Shown: positions 45,601 through 60,600 of the stretch, in pieces
Layout: every line of letters starts with the position of its first letter
Position numbering within the stretch: the stretch's first letter is position 1
Assembly (NCBI GenBank): GCA_950097015.1
Contig: CATNEN010000007.1
Location: 2,542,001 to 2,606,000, forward strand
DNA from: Macrostomum hystrix
Lineage: Eukaryota > Animalia > Platyhelminthes
Direction: 5' to 3'
Length of the DNA: 64,000 bases
Notes under the pieces: model-generated
Told to the model about the DNA's origin: nothing
The model's database searches: none
What the model saw: only the letters and a program-made list of their open reading frames with translations
Program-made: the position numbers and the translations under genes

Positions 45601-48600
45601 TCATGGGATATCTGACTAGATCTCATGGGCAATCTCACTGAATCTCATGGGATATCTCACTGGATCTCATGAGCAATCTCACTGGGCTTCGTGGGATATC
45701 TCACTGGATCTCATGGGCAATCTCACTGGATCTCATGAGCAATCTCACTGGGTTTCGTGGGATATCTCACTGGATCTCATGGGATATCTCACTGGATCTC
45801 ATGAGCAATCTCACTGGGTTTCGTGGGATATCTCACTGGATCTCATGGGATATCTCACTGGATCTCATGGGATATATCACTGGATCTCATGAGCAATCTC
45901 ACTGGGCTTCGTGGGATATCTCACTGGATCTCATGGGATATCTCACTGGATATCATGGGATATCTGACTAGATCTCATGGGATATCTCACTGGATCTCAT
46001 GGGATATCTGACTAGATCTCATGGGCAATCTCACTGGATCTCATGAGCAATCTCACTGGATGTCATCGGCAATCTCACAGGATCTCATAGGCAATCTCAC
46101 TGGATCTCATGGGCAATCTCACAGGATCTCATGGTATATCTTACTGGATCTCATGAGCAATCTCACTTGCCTGATCATTCCAAGCCCCAATGCAGAACAG
46201 ATTCTGATCTTTTGCCATCAGCGGCAGGGTTTGATTGAAGAAATCGATCAGGTCTGGACTCGGGTCAACATCGTCCTCGATCAGGATAGCAAAGCTGGCG
46301 GACTGATGCAAATAGAAAAACAATCGATTTAAATCCTGTTGTTTTTGCGAACCGGTAGCTCTTTCAGTTGAAACAAGATTCGATTTCAGAACGGCAGAAA
46401 AATAAAAAGACTGTCAAAAGCAACAAGAGATTAGACTTTAGAGCAGAACCAATCGATTTTTTGTGGATTAAGCTTCTGAAGCGCGAGAAGTTTTTGAGCT
46501 GTTAGTTAAAGTTATAGAGCATCAGATTCTGTTTTGATTCGTGAGTAAAAATGCGTCAGATATCGAGAGGCAGGAAAATAATGATTACCGGGCTTAATAA
46601 TCTTAATATTTGTAAGGTGCGACGGGCACTAGACCCGCAGCCAGCGATTCTGCCCATTCCGCTGATCCCTGAGCAAACACGCACACAGCACACAGCACAC
46701 GTACATCCAATTACGGATTCAAGCTCAGGTACATTGGTACCTGAAAAACGACAAACCCGACCAACTCACAGGAAAGAGTTTAAACGAGTTAGCGAGGCCT
46801 AGCCTGTAGAGATTGGCCAGTGTCGGTGACACCAGCTTCCTTTGCGTGTAGGGCAGGCGGAGCAGGTCGCAGATGAGGCGCGGCTCTTCAAAGAAGCCGC
46901 GAAGGGTCACCTGAGTCTGCGACACATTCAGCGGCTTCAGGGACAGGAGCGAAACCAGAGTTCTGTCGAGTGAATGAGCAGCAGGGTTGGAGATTCTTGT
47001 GAACTTCTGTGATTCGGTCAGTGCTAAAACTTTTGATTTTGACATTTTGACATCCTAAAAAATTGCCAAACCTGAACAGATATTGAGGCCGATTCGAACT
47101 CATGACTGTCAGCGGCACTTGGCCGGTTGTACTCCAGGGCGCCTGAATGTAAAATCAGAGTGCGAGCGAATATGCCACTATATAAGGAACCAGAACAGAA
47201 TCAACCTGTACTAAGAACAGAACCAACCTGTACTAAGTACAGAACCAACCCGGAACTGACGCTGAGTCCTAAGTTGCTAGTGCACTCACCGGCCTGCTGG
47301 GGTAGGAGATGGCAGTGGGCCTGCCGCAGTCGCACACGTTGCTGAAGCCCTCAGCCAGCCTGCAGAACTGCCTCCTCCGCGACGTCTCCTCAGTGGGCGG
47401 CCACGACGGACAAATTGTCTCTGTGGTTTGCAGATCAGCAAATATGATCGATTATAGAATTCATGCGCATTTAAACTACTGACATGGGTTGTCAGCAGTA
47501 GTTTCAAATTTTCTAGCGCATAAACAATCACGGGCCTCACCGTCCTCAGAGACCAGGCGGACTCGAGTGCGCAATCTGAGCTGAAGTCCCGGCCTAGCCA
47601 GCTGCTCATTGATGCGACCGACTGATTTTGAAAGCGATTTTGTGATCAAACATGACAGTTAATATCCGCATGACATTGCTAGACTGAATTTTAACCTCTT
47701 AATCAGTGAGCAAACTGAGCAATGCAGATTTGTTTGAGTTCACTCAGTGAAGTCATTCTATTACGGGATCCGGTTTGTTCGTCAATTATCAGCCAAACAG
47801 AAACTCACTCTTCGCAAATGCCACCAAAACCCACGGCGTTGAGTCCTCGCCGCCAGCTTCGCCCCGTTTGTGACGGCTCCAGTCGTCACTTCGGCGACTG
47901 CCCAGCATGCGCAGAGCTGCCGCTTCGTCAGCGGAGGCGGCGCTGCGAAATGGCGGCTGCGGGAAGAGGAGTTTGATGATTTTTTACTAGAACTTCAAAA
48001 TCGACTGTTCTTCTGGAGGAGGTGACTCATGATCCGATCAATAAAAAGCCTCGGCGAGTGTACATCGGTGACTCATGATCCGATCAATAAAAAGCCTCGG
48101 CGAGTGTACATCGGTGGCTCGTGATCCGATCAATAAAAAGCCTCGGCGAGTGTACATCGGTGACTCATGATCCGATCAATAAAAAGCCTCCGCTAGTGTA
48201 CATCTATAAATCGATAATGTGACGCTAGCACGGAATGCCTACGCAGGGTGATGAGTCGCCAACAAAGGATCGATAAATTCATTTTAGTCAGTGTGTGTAC
48301 ATTTAAACTCAAGCTTGACTTTGAAAAGGGGGGTTAGTTTGAGAAGACACCTAGATGCCTAATTTAGTAAGTAGATCTACGTTTAAGTTGGTTTTGAAAG
48401 CGACGAAAACGAAAGAAAAACGGGTCTTGCAACAAAAACTGGGTATATTGAAGCGGAATTAATCCGACGAAAGTCGATAAGTTCGAGTGGCTTTTTGCAG
48501 CTCAAGCGCGCACAGGTATCGAGCAAACTTCCTCCTTCGTGTTGGCTAGGCAGCATAGATCACTTATCCAAGGCATCGTTGGGCTAAGAGTTTTATCCGG

Positions 48601-51600
48601 GGGGCCAGAGTGAAAGTTTTTAAACCAGCAGAAAAATTCGCCTCTGAGTCAGCGACCTGGCGGGAACCAACCCGGTTGAATAAGTGGGCCGATTAAACCG
48701 CTGAGTAGGGACTCGCCATTCCTGCAGGCCACCTCAGCTCCCCAGCCAGTCGTGTGTTTGCAGCGACCAATCGGCAGAGTAAACAATTGACTCGGCTTGT
48801 TGGTCAAGGTGCGGCCCCAACCCCCTAACTCCACCTATTCTCTCTCTCGGGCTCTCGCCATCACTCGCAGTGCCGAAGTTCGTTAAACACCCAACAATTG
48901 ATTGGCCCTTGACAGCAGCCCCGAAATTCATATTTGCTTCAATTAGAAAGAAATAGAAATTTTATTTTCCCGATATTTTTTCCAGAAGCTGAAAGGCTCG
49001 AGTTTTTTGTCCTTGAAATCCCATTGTTTGCTTCACAGAAAATTAAAGCAGATTCTGTGGCCCCACGCGAAATAAAAATAGTTCAGAAAAAGCATTCACG
49101 CTCACAACACCGACAGTATGGACAGTACTGCCGGTCCAAATAATGAAATTTTGAGGATGAGGGGAGGAGAAAAATCTGCTACCGACAGCCAGAGCGGGGG
49201 AAAATCCCCAGAGAGACGGGAGGGGATCGCCATGTGGCACGCGGACACCGCCAATCCTTTCACGGTCACCGTTATTCGCTTTATATTTTAATGGAATTTG
49301 AGCAGCGGCCTGCTCAGTGTGGCTTGTGTCTCATGCAAAATGCAGATTTCAGAGCATGCAGCTGCAGCTGCTGCCTCCTACGCTGAGTGCGTGCCACAGC
49401 TGAGGGCCATATGAACTTGATAATTCCAACATCGCTGACCAAACAGCCTCCGCTGCTGCTGCTGCTGCTTAAATACTTTACAGAAGAAAGAAAAACATGC
49501 GATACAAAAAGTGAGAAGACAAGATGTGGCCTTTGAGGGAGCTAGGGTGGGTTTGTCAGGAGGGGTTTGTCAGGGTGGGTTTGTCAGGGTTGGTTTGACA
49601 GGGTGGGTTTGTCAGGGTGGGTTTGACAGGGTGGGTTTGTCAGGGTTGGTTTGACAGGGTGGGTTTGTCAGGGTGGGTTTGACAGGGTGGGTTTGTCAGG
49701 GTTGGTTTGTCAGGGTTGGTTTGACAGGGTGGGTTTGACAGGGTGGGTTTGTCAGGGTTGGTTCAATAGGGTGGGTTTGACAGGGTGGGTTTGACAGGGT
49801 TGGTTTGACAGGGTGGGTTTGACAGGGTGGTTTTGTCAGGGTTGTTTTGACAGGGTTAATTTGATAGGGTGGGTTTGACGGTGGGTTTGACAAGGTAGGT
49901 GGGTTTGGCACGATGGCTTTTGCAGGAATCACGCAATCTCACTCACCACCGAGGTGAGGATGATGACTCGGCCAGGTGTCACAGTTAACAGCAGGGGCTT
50001 CAGTTGGTTCAACCGTTGAAACACCTGGTAACCCATGAGCGAAGCCTGTGCGCATCAGCAAAATTTGGAAACGCTTCAATGAACGCTCGTAAGGTCATAA
50101 ATGTCCTAAAACAGAGTGGAAAAACTTGTGTGAGTCGAAAAGTTCGTTCTCACCGTTGCTTGATTAACAATGAACAGGTGCAGGCCTTTGGTTGACTGGT
50201 TGACGAGCTGTAAGGAGTAAAAAGCGATTTTTGTCAGCTCCATCCAGCATCTCAGGAACTCAGCTGCCTCCGACCCCTGAACTGTCAGGGAGTCAGCTGC
50301 CTCCACCCCCTGAACTGTCAGGGATTCAGCTGACTCTCCGCCCACTGAACTGTCAGGGATTCAGCTGACTCTCCGCCCACTGAACTGTCAGGGAGTCAGC
50401 TGACTCTCTGCCCACTGAACTGTCAGGGAGTCAGCTGACTCTCCGCCCACTGAACTGTCAGGGAGTCAGCTGACTCTCCGCCCACTGAACTGTCAGGGAG
50501 TCAGCTGACTCTCCGCCCACTGAACTGTCAGGGAGTCAGCTGACTCTCCGCCCACTGAACTGTCAGGGAGTCAGCTGACTCTCCGCCCACTGAACTGTCA
50601 GGGAGTCAGCTGACTCTCCGCCCACTGAACTGTCAGGGAGTCAGCTGACTCTCCGCCCACTGAACTGTCAGGGAGTCAGCTGACTCTCCGCCCACTGAAC
50701 TGTCAGGGAGTCAGCTGACTCTCCGCCCACTGAACTGTCAGAGAGTCAGCTGACTCTCCGCCCACTGAACTGTCAGGGAGTCAGCTGACTCTCCGCCCAC
50801 TGAACTGTCAGGGAGTCAGCTGACTCTCCGCCCACTGAACTGTCAGGGAGTCAGCTGACTCTCCGCCCACTGAACTGTCAGGGAGTCAGCTGACTCTCCG
50901 CCCACTGAACTGCCAGGGAGTCAGCTGACTCTCCGCCCACTGAACTGTCAGGGAGTCAGCTGACTCTCCGCCCACTGAACTGTCAGCGATTCAGCCCTCA
51001 CCAACACGCCATCGATAGCAAGCGCCGTGAAGTCCGTTCCGGACCAGGCGTCGACAATGACGGAGCGGTCCTCGCCGGTGCCAACATCGCTAGCAGCCAG
51101 GTGCTGGCTGATTCTCCTAAATCGACCGCCACCTGGACTAGAGTCCTCGTTCTGTTCACCTGTGGGGTTTTAGGTTGAATTTTAGTGCGTTTTAGTGAAT
51201 GGTGCATTTTAGTGTTTTACAGCACAGATGAAATACTGACTGTGAAGTTAGATTCTAAATAGAAGAGTTCCATTTTCTATGAAATACCAGGCCAGAATGT
51301 TGAACGGTTTCGCTTCTGTCTTCAGCTAGCTGCGAGCCGGTTCGAACGCATGGCCGGTTAACCGTGAAATAGCATTCCAATAATATTGCTGGCTTATTTA
51401 TTGCTCAAAGAATGATGAGAACTGGACTGAGTCGGGGGAGACGCAAAGAGAATGAGCAGCCAAGTTTATCTTCAGTCTTTATTAGCTATCTGACGCGAAC
51501 TAATAATCCATTTTTCAGCCCTGAAGCATTGTTGAGTCTTTCGATAGAAGTGCACACATAATTGCGGGCAGCGAGTGCAGAAACTGGGTCATGAAGCAAA

Positions 51601-54600
51601 TAGTGCAATATGGGACAGGAGAGAATGGAGAACAGAGAATTGATGATAATGTAGGAGAAAATAGGGGAGATAGAGTAGGAGAGAGAATAGGGAAAACAGA
51701 ATAGATGAGAGAGAATAGGGGAGTGAGAATAGGGGAGAGAGAATAGGGGAGTGAGAATAGGGGAGAGAGAATAGGGGAGTGAGAATAGGGGAGTGAGAAT
51801 AGGGGAGTGAGAATAGGGGAGAGAGAATAGGGGAGTGAGAATAGGGGAGTGAGAATAGGGGAGAGAGAATAGGGAAGAGAGAATAGGGGAGAGAGAATAG
51901 GGGAGTGAGAATTGGGGAGTGAGAATAGGGGAGTGAGAATTGGGGAGAGAGAATAGGGAAGAGAGAATAGGGGAGTGAGAATAGGGGAGTGAGAATAGGG
52001 GAGTGAGACTAGGGGAGAGAGAAGAGAGGAGAGAGGAGAGAGGAGAGAGGAGAGAGGAGAGAGAAGAGAGGAGAGAGGAGAGAGGAGAGAGGAGAGAGGA
52101 GAGAGGAGAAGAGAAACAAGAGAAGGGAAAATGAAAGAATGCGAATAGAGTATAGAGGAGAAATGCATTTCAGAATTCTCAATAAGCAATTGATTGGGGC
52201 AAGGCGGACTTCAATTTATAGATTTTTTCTATATCTGAATAAGTCATTAGCACCCAGAAACATTAGCCAGCCTTGAAATCAAAGTTCACTCGGCCTGTTG
52301 GACACTATCGCAGAAGCGCAGTGAAAAGTGGAGTAGAATGCTCAGAGCTAAAAGCAGTCACAGGACTCGAAAAACTGAGTTTTACAACTTTGGCTGCACT
52401 GGGATTCTTGATCATTTGGGAAATAAAGGTAAAATCAATCCTTCCCTGCATCTCCCTGCATCTCCACTCATCTCCCTGCATCTCCCTGCATCTCCCTGCA
52501 TCTCCACTCATCTCCCTGCATCTCCCTGCATCTCCCTGCATCTCCCTGCATCTCCCTGCATCTCCCTGCATCTCCCTGCATCTCCCTGCATCTCCCTGCA
52601 TCTCCCTGCATCTCCCTGCACCTCCCTGCATCTCCCTGCATCTCCCTGCATCTCCCTGCATCTCCCTGCATCTCCACTCATATCCCTGCATCTCCTTGCA
52701 TCTCCACTCACCTCACTGCATCTCTTTGCATCTCCACTCATCTCCCTGCATCTCCCTGCATCTCCCTGCATCTTCACTCATCTTCACTCATCTCCCTGCA
52801 TCTCCCTGCATCTCCACTCATCTTCACTCATCTCCCTGCATCTCCCTGCATCTCCCTGCATCTCCCTGCATTTCCACTCATCTCCCTGCATCTCCCTGCA
52901 TCTCCCTGAATCTCCCTGCATCTCCCAGCATCTCCCTGCATCTCCCTGCATCTCCCTGCATCTCCCTGCATCTCCACTCATCTCCACTCATCTCCCTGCA
53001 TCTCCCTGCATCTCCACTCATCTCACTGCATCTCCACACATCTCCAAGCATCTCCCTACATCTCCCTGAATCTCCACTCATCTCCCTGCATCTCCATGCA
53101 TCTCCCTGCATCTCCCTGCATCTCCCTGCATCTCCATGCATCTCCCTGCATCTCCCTGCATCTCCACCTATCTCCAAGCATCTCCCTACATCTCCCTGAT
53201 TCTCCACCTATCTCTAAGCATCTCCCTGCATCTCACTGCATCTCCCTGCATCTCTTTGCATCTCCACCCATCTCCCTGCATCTCCACTCATCTCCCTGCA
53301 TCTCCCTCTTTTCGTATTCCATTTCGCCTTCCATGCATTGTTCAGCCAGCCCTTATCAGTTTTACCAACCGCCCCAGAAATTTACAATGAATAAAAAGAG
53401 TAAATTGCAGTGCGGGCTGAACACACATAGTCCATCACCAATGCATTAGCTATTTCAGCTTGATGTCGGCTAAATTCCAAATCCAGCTAAGCGGATTAAC
53501 GTAGCTAATCTCTATGCTAATCCGAACACTAGACCGAATTTATCCGTGTATCTGGGGCCCGCAGTGCCCGAGACAAACAGGCAGAAAATATAGCACAGCA
53601 GAGCTATCCTAAGCACTCACATCAGTTTAAGCTTCTTTGACTGCTGTTTGAGATTGGCATCAGCCACTCTGCTGTGCATTTCAGAATCTGTGAGTGAGGA
53701 TGAACAACTGGGGACAGACACTCTGCTGTGCATTTCAGAATCTGTGAGAGAGGATGAACAACTGGGGACAGACACTCTGCTGTGCATTTCAGAATCTGTG
53801 AGTGAGGATGAACAACTGGGGACAGACACTCTGCTGTGCATTTCAGAATCTGTGAGTGAGGATGAACAACTGGGGACAGACACTCTGCTGTGCATTGCAG
53901 AATCTGTGAGTGAGGATGAACAACTGGGGACAGCCACTCTGCTGTGCATTTCAGAATCTGTGAGTGAGGATGAACAACTGGGGACAGCCACTCTGCTGTG
54001 CATTTCAGAATCTGTGAGTGAGGATGAACAACTGGGGACAGACACTCTGCTGTGCATTGCAGAATCTGTGAGTGAGGATGAACAACTGGGGACAGACACT
54101 CTGCTGTGCATTGCAGAATCTGTGAGTGAGGATGAACAACTGGGGACAGACACTCTGCTGTGCATTGCAGAATCTGTGAGTGAGGATGAACAACTGGGGA
54201 CAGACACTCTGCTGTGCATTGCAGAATCTGTGAGTGAGGATGAACAACTGGGGACAGACACTCTGCTGTGCATTGCAGAATGCCTAAGGACAGACACTCT
54301 GAGGACAGACACACTGGGGACAGACACTCTGAGGACAGACACTCTGAGGACAGACACACTGGGGACAGACACTCTGAGGACAGACACACTGGGGACAGAC
54401 ACACTGAGGACAGACACTCTGAGGACTGACACACTGAGGACAGACACTCTGAGGACAGACACACTGGGGACAGACACACTGAGGACAGACACACTGGGGA
54501 CAGACACACTGGGGACAGACACACTGAGGACAGACACACTGGGGACAGACACACTGGGGACAGACACACTGGGGACAGACACACTGGGGACAGACACACT

Positions 54601-57600
54601 GAGGACAGACACACTGGGGACAGACACACTGGGGACAGACACACTGAGGACAGACACACTGAGGACAGACACACTGGGGACAGACACACTGGGGACAGAC
54701 ACACTGAGGACAGACACACTGGGGACAGACACACTGGGGACAGACACACTGGGGACAGACACACTGGGGACAGACACACTGAGGACAGACACACTGAGGA
54801 CAGACACACTGGGGACAGACACACTGAGGACAGACACACTGAGGACAGACACACTGGGGACAGACACACTGGGGACAGACACACTGAGGACAGACACACT
54901 GGGGACAGACACACTGAGGACAGACACACTGGGGACAGACACACTGAGGACAGACACACTGGGGACAGACACACTGGGGACAGACACACTGGGGACAGAC
55001 ACACTGGGGACAGACACACTGAGGACAGACACACTGAGGACAGACACACTGAGGACAGACACACTGGGGACAGACACACTGGGGACAGACACACTGAGGA
55101 CAGACACACTGGGGACAGACACACTGAGGACAGACACACTGGGGACAGACACACTGGGGACAGACACACTGGGGACAGACACACTGGGGACAGACACACT
55201 GGGGACAGACACACTGAGGACAGACACACTGAGGACAGACACACTGGGGACAGACACACTGAGGACAGACACACTGGGGACAGACACACTGGGGACAGAC
55301 ACACTGAGGACAGACACACTGGGGACAGACACACTGGGGACAAAGAATCTAAGGATTGCGCCAAGAGTGTGTTTTGAGCAAACTTTTATGAAATTTTAGA
55401 ACTATCAGAGCTGACGACAAAGTGGAATTTCGACGCGTACTTTTTTATGTAGCGATAATGTTTTGCACCTCAGAGTTGTAACTCAGTCCTAACTCAAATG
55501 TGTCAGAAAAAAATAGAAGAAAGACGAGAGAGAAAAGCGGAGAGGGCGGAGAAGGAGCCACTAAGGCTTTGGAACAATTTCCTGTGCTAGCGGAGCTGTG
55601 CTCAGACCGCCAACAAATGTCTTGTGTCAGTTTCTCTGCTCAAGCCATACAGCAGTCGGTGCTGGGGAAGTAGGTTGCCATAAAGTTGCACAACTGTGAC
55701 CAAAGAGTCAGTGCTATTCAAACTCCAGACTCAAAGAGTCAGCGACAAAAAACTGATTAAAAAAACTTACGCTTAGACGGTGCGGGAGAGATGAGAGCTG
55801 CAGACGGCTGCACCTGAATCCCATAAATCTTGGGGTCGGCAAACTACAGATAGTAGGCCTGATACGGACCTCAATGCACCTATGGCCACGTTCCACATCA
55901 ACCAGACTCAAGCCTTATCTCTCCCTGTCTCATCTCTCCCCTGTCTCATACTTTCCCAGTCTCATCTCTCCCCTGTCTCATACTTTCCCAGTCTCATCTC
56001 TCCCCTGTCTCATACTTTCCCAGTCTCATCTCTCCCCTGTCTCATACTTTCCCAGTCTCATCTCTCCCCTGTCTCATACTTTCCCAGTCTCATCTCTCCC
56101 CTGTCTCATACTTTCCCAGTCTCATCTCTCCCCTGTCTCATACTTTCCCAGTCTCATCTCTCCCCTGTCTCATCTCTCCCCTGTCTCATACTTTCCCAGT
56201 CTCATCTCTCCCTTGTCTTATCTCTCCCCTGTCTTATCTCTCCCTTGTCTTATCTCTCCCGTCTCATCTAATTCCTGTCTCATCGCTCCCCTGTCTCATC
56301 TCTCCCGTGTCTCATCTCACCTCTGTCTCATCTCACCCCTATCTAATCTCTCCCTTGTCTTATCTCTCCCCTGTCTTATCTCTCCCCTGTCTTATCTCTC
56401 CCGTCTCGTCTAATTCCTGTCTCATCGCTCCCCTGTCTCATCTCTCCCGTCTTATCTCTCCCGTCTCATCTCACCTCTTTCACATCGCTCCCGTCTTATC
56501 TCTCCCGTCTCATCTCACCTCTTTCACATCTCTCCTGCCTTATCTCTCCCGCCTCATCTCACCTCTTTCACATCTCTCCCGTCTCATCTCTCCCGTCTCA
56601 TCTCTCCCGTCTCATCTCTCCCGTCTCATCTCTCCCGTCTCATCTCTCCCGTCTCATCTCTCCCGTCTGATCTCTCCCGTCTCATCTCTCTTATGTCTCA
56701 TTAATCACGCCGCTGACGTCTTTCTGTTTTCGGCCCACGAATTAATCCAAGTTTCCGATGTGGCATAAAAGCAATAATCAGAAATTCACTGCCAAACAGT
56801 CTGGTGCCACAAGTCATTAAGCCGCTGTCATAAATTTTTCCTGGAAGCAGGAAATAATGGTTATTTCATATTTTATTCCTATTCGGGTTCCCACGGATTT
56901 CGCCAGTCGGCAAATGGAAAAGTTATGCCTAAGAATGACTGAGCTTTGGCCAAGGCGAGTCCACACAGGTAATAAAACAAGCGCTAAGTACCCCCTTCGT
57001 GTATTCTTGTCTGAACTTTCCCCAGCGGTCCTTTGACTGACCGGGCCACGGTAGGTAATTATACAAGACACGGGCATAAATACTTAGAGCTCACAAGCTT
57101 GACCCAAATGCGGGGGTGTTGGTCATGTTGGGAAAACACGTTTTAGACTTGGGAGACAGGGATAGCGGGATAACACAGGTGGGGATGAATGTTTGATGCG
57201 ATCCTAATGGCGTCCGCCCGCCACTGTGGGAGAATCGGGGTTTTGGGGATTTGTGCCCACAGGTTAATAATTAATGAGCTGAACAGCGCTGCAGATTGGT
57301 AGACAGGCTGCCCAAGAACAGCGAGCTGATCACTGCTGCTCAAATGGCCACCGAAATCCCAAGATACCCAAAGCCGAACTGACGCGGGGAAACATGAAAG
57401 CTAATTTGGCATCTTTGGGGGAGATCTGCTGACTCCCCAGCACAGGGCACCGCACCCATTTGACACCCTAACATGACAGCAACTGACACGCTAACATGAC
57501 AGCAACTGACACGCTAACATGACAGCAACTGACACGCTAACATGACAGCAACTGACACGCTAACATGACAGCAACTGACACGCTAACATGACAGCAACTG

Positions 57601-60600
57601 ACACGCTAACATGACAGCAACTGACACGCTAACATGACAGCAACTGACACGCTAACATGACAGCAACTGACACGCTAACATGACAGCAACTGACACGCTA
57701 ACATGACAGCAACTGACACGCTAACATGACAGCAACTGACACGCTAACATGACAGCAAATGACACGCTAACAAGACAGCAACTGACACGCTAAGATGACA
57801 GCAACTGACACGCTAACATGACAGCAACTGACACGCTAACATGACAGCAACTGACACGCTAACATGACAGCAAATGACACGCTAACATGACAGCAACTGA
57901 CACGCAAACAAGACAGCAACTGACACGCTAACAAGACAGCAACTGACACGCAAACAAGACAGCAACTGACACGCTAACAAGACAGCAACTGACACGCAAA
58001 CAAGACAGGACAGTCTAAAAGTGCAAGAAAAGTTATGGTCACGCGCTAAACACAGTCAGCCACCCATCAGACCGGGGGGGACATGCGCTGCATAGACAGA
58101 AAATTTAGCGAGTAACAAACTGATTGCTGGTTTGGGCCAGCAATGATCCACCAGAAAGTCGCGGGTCTCCGCAAGACACATGGCCGGATGCCGGCCTGAA
58201 AGTCTTCCTGTCGCGCTGTGGCAGCCGCATTGATCGTCTGGGCGTTCTCGCGAAGAAAATGCCTAACCCTCCCTGCCCCTACCCGACCATCTTGCGGATG
58301 AACTGGGGGCTGTGCCTCATGCTCGCATGCTCTCCAATGTCTCCATCAATCTGCGCCGCTGTTTGTCTTCGGAGTCCAGAACTAAAATCTCTTTCCCGTG
58401 CTCAAGGTGAGAGTGCTCAAGCGAAGCACAAAATTCTTCTCCGCGAGTTTGCGAGCTGCTCAGCGAAGTTGGCGCTGTAGCCATGCGACATTGAAATCCG
58501 CGTGAAACCCTTCGCAAATACTCGAGTCGCGCAGCTGCATCGTCTGTTCGTTACCATCCGTGTGTCAACACTGCTCACAAGCTGAGCCTTCCCATTGCCA
58601 GGGCTAGCTCAATTTGCCAGTTTGAGTTCCCCCTATAACCTACTCAACAACTCCGCAGGGCCCCTTCGTATTGACTTTGCGGTCGTCCAGACACTTTTGC
58701 ACAATTGCTGCTTTCCAAGAAACAGGCCGAGATTAGAGACTCGTGAAAATGATTGGCATATTTGATTTGGGAGTTTGATTAGTTACTGACAAATAGAGGC
58801 TTTGTCAAAGCCTAATTAGGCACTCAATTTATAAAGCTAACTGTTCTTGGGAAATTCACGGCCTAATTTTGCGAGGCCAATCGTGTTCAGGCTCTGCTTG
58901 GATACCAAGCGACAGTTGACACACCAAAATCTAATAACAGGTGACACCCCACACTCTAATAACAGGTTACACCCCACACTCTAATAACAGGTGACACCCC
59001 ACACTCTAATAACAGGTTACACCCCACACTCTAATAACAGGTGACACCCCACACTCTAATAACAGGTGACACCCCACAGTCTAATAACAGGTGACACCGC
59101 ACACTCTAATAACAGGTTACACCCCACACTCTAATAACAGGTGACACCCCACACTCTAATAACAGGTGACACCCCACACTCTAATAACAGGTGACACCCC
59201 ACACTCTAATAACAGGTGACACCCCACACTCTAATAACAGGTGACACCCCACAGTCTAATAACAGGTGACACCCCACACTCTAATAACAGGTGACACCCC
59301 ACACTCTAATAACAGGTGACACCCCACAGTCTAATAACAGGTGACACCTCACACTCTAATAACAAGTGACACCCCACACTCTAATAACAGGTGACACCCC
59401 ACACTCTAATAACAGGTGACACCCCACACTCTAATAACAGGTTACACCCCACACTCTAATAACAGGTGACACCCCACACTCTAATAACAGGTGACACCCC
59501 ACAGTCTAATAACAGGTGACACCGCACACTCTAATAACAGGTTACACCCCACACTCTAATAACAGGTGACACCCCACACTATAATAACAGGTGACACCCC
59601 ACACTCTAATAACAGGTGACACCGCACAGTCTAATAACAGGTGACACCCCACACTCTAATAACAGGTGACACCCCACACTCTAATAACAGGTTACACCCC
59701 ACACTCTAATAACAGGTTACACCCCACACTCTAATAACAGGTGACACCCCACACTCTAATAACAGGTGACACCCCACACTCTAATAACAGGTGACACCCC
59801 ACACTCTAATAACAGGTGACACCCCACAGTCTAATAACAGGTGACACCCCACAGTCTAATAACAGGTTACACCCCACACTCTAATAACAGGTGACACCCC
59901 ACACTCTAATAACAGGTTACACCCCACACTCTAATAACAGGTGACACCCCACACTCTAATAACAGGTGACACCCCACAGTCTAATAACAGGTGACACCGC
60001 ACACTCTAATAACAGGTGACACCCCACACTCTAATAACAGGTGACACCCCACACTCTAATAACAGGTGACACCCCACACTCTAATAACAGGTGACACCCC
60101 ACACTCTAATAACAGGTGACACCCCACACTCTAATAACAGGTGACACCCCACAGTCTAATAACAGGTGACACCCCACACTCTAATAACAGGTTACACCCC
60201 ACACTCTAATAACAGGTGACACCCCACACTCTAATAACAGGTGACACCCCACACTCTAATAACAGGTGACACCCCACACTCTAATAACAGGTGACACCCC
60301 ACAGTCTAATAACAGGTGACACCCCACACTCTAATAACAGGTGACACCCCACAGTCTAATAACAGGTGACACCCCACACTCTAATAACAGGTGACACCCC
60401 ACACTCTAATAACAGGTTACACCCCACACTCTAATAACAGGTGACACCCCACACTCTAATAACAGGTTACACCCCACAGTCTAATAACAGGTGACACCGC
60501 ACACTCTAATAACAGGTTACACCCCACACTCTAATAACAGGTGACACCGCACACTCTAATAACAGGTTACACCCCACACTCTTATAACAGGTGACACCCC

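Noticed and set aside
50270-50985. CRISPR-like appearance of the 35-bp palindromic repeat
   Set aside because: The units are adjacent with no unique spacers, no cas genes are present, and the context is a eukaryotic intron.
51515-53449. LSP-rich and CISLHLPASP ORFs, and similar ones at 55874-56768 and 61712-62881
   Set aside because: Translations of purine/pyrimidine minisatellites.
53617-55399. 570-580 aa ORFs on both strands
   Set aside because: Products of 54-bp and 15-bp arrays (multiples of 3) inside a POMGNT1 intron; no credible start or domain.
57143-57343. Hydrophobic ORF considered as the POMGNT1 TM exon
   Set aside because: No convincing splice sites; the exon at 62877-62769 fits better in both sequence and phase.
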